Origin: Macrostomum lignano
Taxonomy: Eukaryota
Direction: 5' to 3'
Assembly: GCA_002269645.1 (NCBI GenBank)
Contig: NIVC01001777.1
Span: 153,429 to 217,428 of the forward strand
Length of the DNA: 64,000 bases
A model generated the notes under the pieces. It was not told the DNA's origin. It did not search any database and was given only the letters and a program-made list of their open reading frames with translations. Of this stretch, positions 57,201-64,000 are shown in pieces. Made by a program: the position numbers and the translations under genes. Position 1 is the first letter of the stretch. Each line of letters opens with the position of its first letter.

Positions 57201-60200
57201 CCTTGGTCTGGCCCAGAAAGCAACACGGCAATCGAAGTTAGGCATGGCAACATTAAATCACTTCACTTTTGTCAATCTGTCATGGTGGTAATGGTGGTAC
57301 GGTTTCTTTGGGGGGGGGGGTTATTCAACAGACCATATAGAATGGTCTGTGGGTTATTCAGCGCCCCGCTTCCAGTCCCGGACTTAGGGGTCCTTGGATT
57401 ACTTGGACTGTGAGAAATCGAGACACTTCATGAAACGTAGAAAAAAATAGAATAAAGATCGGTTCCTCCATATCTCCTCGTCAACACAGCAAGATAGGCA
57501 AGATAAGGGTATTTGCTTTGTGTCTAAAAGTTGGGGTCCATATTGAAGCCAAAAGCTTCGGGACCATCCATATATACCCATATAGCAGAGCACTGGCTCT
57601 TAGCCTCTTAGCAATTTAGCAACTGCTTTTGCAAACCCGCAATTACTCCCGCAAGACAGAAAGCAACCCCGCAGAGACGGGAGTGAAACGAGAACACGGA
57701 AGACAAAGACAAACATATAATTGTAATGTTCCAATCCAACAAAAAGTAAGACACCATTAATTTAGACAAGGAGTACGTTCGTTAAAGCGAAATTTTGCTT
57801 TCTAGGCCACCTCTCGTTCGATGCTTTCTATCGGAAGCATGTGGCCACTGGCCAGCCAAGGAATTCTCTATACTATACCCATCTGCTATTCTATGAATGG
57901 CCTGCGGCCCGGGTCCGGCTAGTTTCACTTCCAGGTATAAAGGATTCCAATTTCCTTGGGCCAGTCAAGGACCCCTAAAGCTAGGAGCCTAGGACCCTTA
58001 ATGCTAGTTTTATTTTGGGGTCCTCGTGCAATTTTATCACGACACATGAAGCGACACGACAGAAAATCCCGCAGGAAGTGGTGACTGGGGAATTTTACAT
58101 TATTGAGTCTCCCCAGTCCCCATTACAAGGGACGGTAGAGTAGTAGGTAGATCCATGCAGGAAGTTGTGGCGGTGGGCGGACTAAGGTTGAGGTGTTCGT
58201 GTTGGACATGTGAAGGCTGCATGGAAGTCCAGATTCAAAGGAAAATGTTTTTAATTTCGATTCACTATTTTCGCGCATACGCACTCTCCAAAATCAATAG
58301 TCCAGCTTCCCTCTGTAGGCCAGAAATTGTCTAACAGGATGAAGCCTTGATAAATGAGTAGTCAGGCAGAGTAGCAACGACAAATCCTTGGCGTCGGTCG
58401 ACATCGATAAGCATAGCATAGCAGGTCATAGCAGGTCAGGATAGCATATGGCCATGGCCATGCCGGTAGAGTCCCTGCAGCATGTCGTACACTGGCTCAA
58501 ACAGTGGCTCTCCGCTGAGATGATTGGCCGGCCAGCTGCAGACGCAAAGGAATTGCAACTTGCAAGGGCCTAAAAGAATGTAAGCATCATTACAAATAGA
58601 GATTCTGTGATTTAGTAAGAATAGTTATATTGATAATAACTCAGTCTTATCATAGTTAAGTTGAACAAAATCAGAAGACGTGTATCGATTTGCAAATGTC
58701 AGATCGAATGGTGCAAGTTCTATGAAAATCTGTTTTTGAGTCGTTTTCTCTGTAATCGACTGTGCATAAAGACATGCAGACAGAACATTCCAATTTTAGT
58801 ATAGTGGATAGAAGAAGATTTTGAATAGCTAAATAGACTCACCTAGCAGTCACCACCAGCTAGTGGAACCACGTAGTATGTGACATTCTGGCCATCATGA
58901 GGGAGCAACCAGCATTTCCGCTGAGGCTTGCCAGTTAGGACGACTTCCGTGAGACGATAAATTCCAATTCCAATTTTCATTGAGCTGTACGGATATGAAT
59001 AGACCTCCCTTTCAGGCAGCAAAACTCGGCCTGATGCTTCTCCGCTTTCACTGAAGCCCTCAATTAGAATGCAGGAGTTGTTTATGAAGCAACAGTTCTC
59101 TCCAAATTTACAGCTGTACTTTAGTGGCTTGACGGGCGCAAATTGCGTGAGCGTGATGTTCCGCACGTACAGAACTTGTTTCACAGCATGAGCAGCGGCA
59201 TGTCTGGTCACTTTCATGCGACGCTTAATGGAGCCCAGATAGTTTTCAAAAGGGAAAGTAGAAAAGTTGTTGACACTCCCATACCTGCGAACAAATTGAT
59301 CAATATGCAGTAACGCGTGAAAATTATAACTAATTGACGCCTGGCCAAACAATTGAGCGGATCGTTCAACAAAGACTTCCAGACAGCTCTTTGCTTGGTC
59401 GAAGTATTTCGCATGCCTCTCACTGGAGTAGATGTACATGGCAAAATGCAGCAACATGAAATGATCATACAATGCGTCCTTCAAGTATCCTCTAAAGAAT
59501 ACAGGAGCAAGATATAGCAGATACTGCCTGTACTCGGATGCCTTTAGAAATTTCAGATCAGAGTCGAGCCTTCTGGGTCTTCTTTGAAAATTGGACGGAG
59601 TCCATGGAGCTGCAGCTGCAATTCTGTCCGACAAACGAGTGATGCACGCTGGCAGAATTTTGCTTTTCCGTCCACCGTCCTTGCTGAAGTAGTAGAAAAA
59701 CAATTTTCTCACAATTCCTAAGCAAGCTGCATGCTGGAATTCCACAGGGAAGGACCAAACAAAGTCAACATTTGGCAATAACAAAAGAGGCGATAACTTT
59801 CTCTTCTTTTGATTCGACTCCTTCCCAGCGCGATATTCTTCTCCGCACCTACTTTCGCCGACCGAAGTAGAATATGTCACTCTGTTGCTGACATACTGTC
59901 CGATGGCTCGGCAATAAGTGCATCCAGTATAAGCTGTGTGCCCCGCGACGCTGCAGATGTAGGCCCTTGCTGGCGTATCACACACAAATTTGATTGATGA
60001 GAACATGACGCTGACTGCATCAGCAATTTTGACTGGACCCGACAGAAATCGAGTGGCTTCATGGCAAAATTTTCGAAGAAAGTCTTCAAGTGCCGGCTTT
60101 CCTTTTCCAGCATAAACAGCCACCGGAAATGGTCTCGCAAAAGTCTCCGGTATTAGCATGAGGATAGGCCATAGACCAAAATTACTCGATCGATACAGCG

Positions 60201-63200
60201 GTAATCCATCCGTGTTCAGAAGGGCAGAGAATGAGTAGAAAGTTGATTCCTCTGTTGATCGCATACTGTCCGGCCTAAGGTTTAGCTGGCCCTTGCTGTG
60301 CAGCAGTTGTAAATTGTCAAGAATCGAGATGTAATGAAAGTAGCCGTCACCCATTTCTTCAAGCGAAGCACTCTTCTTACCACCTTTCAAAATCTTGTCG
60401 ATCATGTGCGGAGACTTCGGTGCAGGTAAGCCGATTTTGCGCAATCCAGTCAACAGAAATATCCTGCCATTGCGTGAGACATTGTACAGCACAAAGAAGA
60501 GCGCCAACAAAGTTTCAAGCTTCTCGTCCAAGCTGCGATTGTCTTCTTCCCTCTCGTCTTCATCTTCATCGCCGCTGTAGCTGGCGCTACTCACTGACTC
60601 AAGCTCGTCAAAAATCGGTTCGCCGTTGGGATCCACTTCCAGTGTCTCTGTGACTTGTTCCGGGACAGCTTGCTGCGGCATTGCTTCATCAGTCATCAGC
60701 TCATCCTCACCATCAACTGGCAGGTCGGCTGCCCCCGTGTCTTCAAGAAGCAAGTTCATCAGATACTTGCTGGCTTGCCGTCTCACATTCCGAGACATCT
60801 CTGCTTTAAAAGCGATCAATTAGGTAAGTTGTAAATTTGAAAGCAATTAGCATTCGTTGGTGTTTTATCAATTTGGCTGAAAAAGTCGGAAATGGGAATG
60901 GTGGGTTTGGGCTTTAGCAGGAAGGCAGCCAATGGGCATCTGGCAATGCAAATAACGAACCGCCGTAATTGGTTCGGCGGTTCGGCGGTTGGCAGTAATT
61001 GGTTCCGCCCCGTATCGCTCATTTTCTCCCAGAATGCAGACACCGACTTCTTCATCAAATATTGAACAATATTGAGCAAAGCGCGAATACCAGAAGGCCA
61101 TTTTTTCAGTTCAAACAAAAGTAGCCGGGCGCAGTTTTGACCATCTTGGTCCCTGCTGCATAGATCATAACATCATGGCGATCAATCAGATAAAAACCAT
61201 TGCCGAGTGACTTTTAGTTTTTCAGATATCCAGAGGTGGATTAGCAGGTCTGAGAATGCCCGCTTGCGATTTGTGAAGTTTGAACTGATCCCACAGTTCT
61301 GACTTTTCACACAGACCTTGGGCATCCAGTGCGCAGTCAATCGGAGAAAGAAACATAGCCGAGGGACTTTTAGTTTTTCAGATATCCAGAGGCGGATTAG
61401 CAGGTCTGAGAATGCCCGCTTGCGATTTGTGAAGTTTGAACTGATCCCACAGTTCTGACTTTTCACACAGACCTTGGGCATCCAGTGCGCTATCAATCAG
61501 ATAAAAAACCATTGCCGAGTGACTTTTAGTTTTTCAGATATCCAGAGGTGGATTAGCGGCCAATTTCCAATGCTTTCAAATGGGGAAAGACTAAAATGAC
61601 CCACTTTGATTTGTGAAGCCCGAGATGAAACCTCCGTTCTGACTTTTCACACAGACCTTGGGCATCCAGTGCGCAGTCAATCGGAGAAAGAAACATAGCC
61701 GAGGGACTTTTAATTTTTCAGATATCAGATATCAGATATCAGAGGCTGATTAGCAGGTCTGAGAATGCCCGCTTGCGATTTGTGAAGTTTGAACTGATCC
61801 CACAGTTCTGACTTTTCACACAGACCTTGGGCATCCAGTGCGCTATCAATCAGATAAAAAACCATTGCCGAGTGACTTTTAGTTTTTCAGATATCCAGAG
61901 GTGGATTAGCAGCCAGTTTGCAATGCTTTCAAATGGGGAAAGTAAAAAATTATCCGCTTTGATTTGTGGAGCCCAAGTGGAGCCCATTATCCGAGGGTTT
62001 GTCACCGCAGTCCTCGAAATTCACGCAGACTTCCACTCTTGTGGTGGTAGTGATGGTCTCCAGATTTACATCGGGGCCAATTTGCGAAGTCTTGGTGACC
62101 GTTTCGGTTGGCTCCCAGCTACATGTAAATGGGTCGCAGAAGTTCGCCCGTCCTTTGAAAGCCTGCTTCCACGTGCTTCTGCTTCCAGTCGCATTGTCGT
62201 CGGTGTCGTTCGTGTTGTTATTTGCATCGGCGAAGAACTCGCGGAATATGTCCTCGGCAAGCCACACACGCAGCGAAATCACGAATGTATGACAGTTGTA
62301 ACATTTTGCTTTGTTATTTGTGGTAGCTTATACGAGAAGTAGAAGGGAAAACGAAGCGGGAATGCCACTGATAATGATAATTATCAACAACAATGACTAC
62401 TGAAAATGCTTTTCGGGACAATTTTTTGCTGCCAATTCTACCGAGGCGCGGATCAAGGATTTTCCCCAGGGGAGCAAGCATATACGTCAGTGACCAATGT
62501 CCAGTTGAAACGCCCAACTCAAAGTGGAAAATGGAAATGAAAATTGAACAAAGTTTATCTTACTGCTCTACTGTAAGTAGATAGGTGGGAGAAAAGGTGT
62601 GACAAGAAAGAAAAAAATTTTATGCTGACAACAATTATTGCATTATGAATTCATGATGCGTTTGCATCATTATTCGACAAAAATCGTTAATGGGCTCAAT
62701 ACACAAAGATTAAATAAATTTGTTACTTGTATGCTCGATCATCTCGCCTTAGCATCGATTTTAACAAGAAAATTCGTCAACAATACTCGTAAAACAGTGC
62801 GCCAAATAGTGCGCCTTGGGAATTGTAAAGAGAACTAAAATAAATAGAATTTTTTTTTGCTTTTATAAATTTGCAATCTCCAAAGCATCATGGTCCTCGC
62901 ATTTCAGGGAAAATCAACCGCCTTTTTTATTGCATGAATGCAGTAAAAAAAATCTTCCCATAATTGACGGGCGTACCCTGGCATACCCCTAGGCGTACTG
63001 CGCCCACAGTGCGCCCAAATTTTTTTTCCCACTGGGCAAATACACAGTGAATTAGCAATTGATACAGATTATTTGCACGCTACAAGTAAACGTTAAAATA
63101 AACTATTGGAGAAATTAAAATGAGATATTGCAAGGGAAACTACAGTCCAACGGCCCTTTTGCGGGACCACTTTAAACTAGCAACGTCACAAAAGGGACTT

Positions 63201-64000
63201 GGTTATTAGCTGAGTGCCTGGCATATATTTATAGACTGCTTCGTGGAACATTCTATAATCAAGGAAATGTGTGCGTGGGAGTTTAAATTTCCTAATATTG
63301 AAAGTGCTATTTACGCGGATATTTCGAGAATAATGTTTTTGCTGAATATGGAAAGTTCGCGAAAGTTTAATACAAGGTCATTACAATAGAAACTAGAATA
63401 TTTTATCTATCATGTTATTTATAGTCTTAGGGACAGAAGTAGAATTTTTATTTGGATTTAGAAGGTGAGACATGAACCTTTTACTCCTATGTCCATTATT
63501 TAAAAAAGTGCCAACTACTTTTAGTAATACGAGAAGCTGTTTTCAAATTAAACATCAAACCAATTATATCTCACCCCATTTGTGCAGGAGAAACCCAGCC
63601 AAGCAGCCTCAAATGTGCGCACTGGTAGCTCAGGCTGGGTAGACCCAGCCAAGGTTAAGCAGTTCTTAGAACGTCGCAGACAAGAGATGGAAGCTAAAAA
63701 AGCTGCAGCTAATAAAGCTCCACCAGCGTCCTTGGCACAGCCTCGCTTGCAGCAGCATAAAACGGTTGCTAATGACAACAATGGTAAAAAGAAGAGCCAG
63801 TCATTGGATTCTCAACATAGAAGCTCAACATCGCACAAACGATTGTCTAATGGCGCTAGTTCCGGCGGCGTCAGCTCGGCTAAAAAGTCCAAGCAATCAG
63901 CTGATCAGGCTCAAATGCCTCCACCCCCACCGCCTCCTTCATCAACGTCGGCGCCCCTGTCCGGCCCGGCCGAGATGCAGCGGCATTATTTGATGATGCG
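42254..64000 (+). CDS. SPTY2D1: SPT2 homolog (SPTY2D1-like histone chaperone), partial: exon 42254-42340 joined in phase 0 to an exon from 63588 to the window end
   Basis: The join gives MDYRLALENAQKNVEQQKLALEKASKAIQ|EKPSQ..VDPAKVKQFLERRRQEMEAKK, resembling the SPT2 N-terminus (MDFREIL..A / VQ.AAVQAFL.RKEEE, recalled); CAG|GT donor and TGCAG| acceptor; exon 2 is open for 137 codons. Confidence 0.65.
42697..43351. mobile_element. Tc1/mariner-type MITE, ~655 bp, ~75-bp imperfect TIR, TA TSD
   Basis: TA|CGAAGAGCTTGCGTGCAC ... GTGCACGCAAGCTCTTCG|TA; similarity continues inward ~55 bp. Confidence 0.78.
44503..47937 (-). mobile_element. Decayed hAT DNA transposon; boundaries approximate
   Basis: Left end CAGTGTTGCCA, AAAAAATCGC subterminal words at both ends, transposase remnant inside; right TIR degenerate and no TSD found. 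Confidence 0.7.
45551..47608 (-). pseudogene. hAT transposase pseudogene (BED-like zinc finger, RNase H core, dimerization domain)
   Basis: FCAACNVKL..HAKTAKH; FTDSRIAKDFSCARTK; GCTLH; VETRWLS; SNADCER. At least 3 frameshifts (~47130, ~46920, ~46425), an in-frame TGA at ~46790, and NES/TN where DES/DN is expected. Confidence 0.88.
48053..49645. mobile_element. Non-autonomous foldback (MULE-like) element, 1593 bp, ~540-bp arms made of 10-bp GACGTTTGCC repeats plus unique inner arm
   Basis: GGG...CCC ends; arms 48053-~48590 and ~49135-49645 are reverse complements; 9-bp TSD AGCAGTTTA/AGCAGTTTG. Confidence 0.9.
50706..54081 (-). CDS. CACTA ORF2, DUF4806-like protein, 4 exons: 54081-53896, 53435-52482, 52388-52181, 51211-50706; 617 aa
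   Basis: Canonical GT-AG junctions with phases 0,0,1 sum to 1854 nt; coiled coil, then DSVRDMLDNILS..VNFKG and CREQLKRGSDRLKKR, similar to DUF4806-type ORF2 motifs (recalled). Confidence 0.75.
51770..51851. mobile_element. 82-bp micro-MITE, 24-bp perfect TIR CAAGGACTCCTAAACCTAAGCATC, 7-bp TSD (C/T)ACTATG
   Basis: Read directly; sits in ORF2 intron 3. Confidence 0.8.
54205..54260 (-). promoter_or_regulatory. GC box plus CCAAT box ~130-170 bp upstream of the ORF2 ATG
   Basis: Minus strand reads gggcggcgctagcagtgggaagaggggcggaccaatggg. Confidence 0.35.
54643..54946. mobile_element. ~300-bp foldback unit of TTTCACAT(T/C)CTCGAAA repeats with GGG..CCC ends
   Basis: Left and right halves are inverted; no TSD found. 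Confidence 0.7.
54948..55154. mobile_element. 207-bp MITE with TIR CAGACCATATAGTAAA (extends imperfectly to ~27 bp)
   Basis: Perfect 16-bp inverted repeat; no TSD found; same end sequence as the 57326 hairpin. Confidence 0.7.
55660..55940 (+). repeat. Two ~183-bp subunits homologous, in inverted orientation, to the 61180-61960 array
   Basis: gctaatcggcctgtggatatctcagaaactaaaagtcacgcggc versus reverse complement gctaatccacctctggatatctgaaaaactaaaagtcactcggc. Confidence 0.85.
57178..57205. mobile_element. 28-bp hairpin micro-element CAAGGAGTTCTA-CATT-TAGAACTCCTTG with perfect 7-bp TSD GTCTGGC
   Basis: Read directly (TSD 57171-57177 and 57206-57212). Confidence 0.75.
57326..57351. mobile_element. 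26-bp hairpin micro-element CAACAGACCAT-ATAGA-ATGGTCTGTG with perfect 7-bp TSD GGTTATT
   Basis: Read directly (TSD 57319-57325 and 57352-57358). Confidence 0.7.
58843..60819 (-). CDS. CACTA/EnSpm (Tnp2-like) DDE transposase, uninterrupted ~650 aa; true start probably the ATG of MSRNVRR or an upstream exon
   Basis: LNTDGLPLYRSS..LWPIL (D1), FVCDTPARA (D2), CTYC, FPVEFQHAACLG, STFPFENYLG (E). Confidence 0.92.
   Translation of the reverse strand: MIAFKAEMSRNVRRQASKYLMNLLLEDTGAADLPVDGEDELMTDEAMPQQAVPEQVTETLEVDPNGEPIFDELESVSSASYSGDEDEDEREEDNRSLDEKLETLLALFFVLYNVSRNGRIFLLTGLRKIGLPAPKSPHMIDKILKGGKKSASLEEMGDGYFHYISILDNLQLLHSKGQLNLRPDSMRSTEESTFYSFSALLNTDGLPLYRSSNFGLWPILMLIPETFARPFPVAVYAGKGKPALEDFLRKFCHEATRFLSGPVKIADAVSVMFSSIKFVCDTPARAYICSVAGHTAYTGCTYCRAIGQYVSNRVTYSTSVGESRCGEEYRAGKESNQKKRKLSPLLLLPNVDFVWSFPVEFQHAACLGIVRKLFFYYFSKDGGRKSKILPACITRLSDRIAAAAPWTPSNFQRRPRRLDSDLKFLKASEYRQYLLYLAPVFFRGYLKDALYDHFMLLHFAMYIYSSERHAKYFDQAKSCLEVFVERSAQLFGQASISYNFHALLHIDQFVRRYGSVNNFSTFPFENYLGSIKRRMKVTRHAAAHAVKQVLYVRNITLTQFAPVKPLKYSCKFGENCCFINNSCILIEGFSESGEASGRVLLPEREVYSYPYSSMKIGIGIYRLTEVVLTGKPQRKCWLLPHDGQNVTYYVVPLAGGDC
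61180..61960 (-). repeat. Five 156-184-bp tandem subunits upstream of the transposase
   Basis: GAG(T/G)GACTTTTA(G/A)TTTTTCAGATATC recurs at ~61205, 61361, 61517, 61701 and 61870. Confidence 0.92.

Larger units (their letters stand above)
50153..63036 (-). mobile_element. Full-length CACTA/EnSpm (CMC) DNA transposon, 12884 bp
   Basis: CA|CCCAGAGGGAAATTTTGGG ... CCCAAATTTTTTTTCCCACTGGG|CA; shared subterminal GTACGCCTA(A/G)GGGTA; 2-bp TSD; encodes a CMC transposase and an ORF2. Confidence 0.9.

Overview
Eukaryotic (metazoan) genomic DNA. The GC-rich, polyQ/A/S-rich exons and the minisatellite in almost every intron suggest a Macrostomum-like flatworm (inference only). Left 40 kb: three co-oriented minus-strand genes that I could splice by hand: HEATR5B-like (38339-20026, 16 exons, ~2076 aa, frame intact), CCPG1/PBXIP1-like type II membrane protein (17885-11952) and MINDY1/2-like deubiquitinase (8766-4761). 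The last two each carry one 1-bp deletion in a CCC run. Divergent from HEATR5B is a plus-strand SPT2-like gene (exon 1 at 42254-42340, exon 2 from 63588) with a ~21-kb intron holding a nest of DNA transposons: a TA-flanked MITE, a decayed hAT, a foldback element with 9-bp TSD, and a 12.9-kb CACTA/EnSpm element (CCCAG..CTGGG ends, CA TSD) with an intact transposase and a spliced 4-exon DUF4806-like ORF2. Top leads: (1) unrelated minisatellites repeatedly built around canonical transcription-factor motifs (ETS, YY1, RFX, NR5A/ERR, TCF, GATA, OTX), with unit lengths near whole helical turns; (2) three 26-82 bp hairpin micro-elements with CA..TG ends and 7-bp target duplications inside the CACTA. 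Most repeat ORFs in the supplied track are artefacts. Novelty cannot be verified without database searches.
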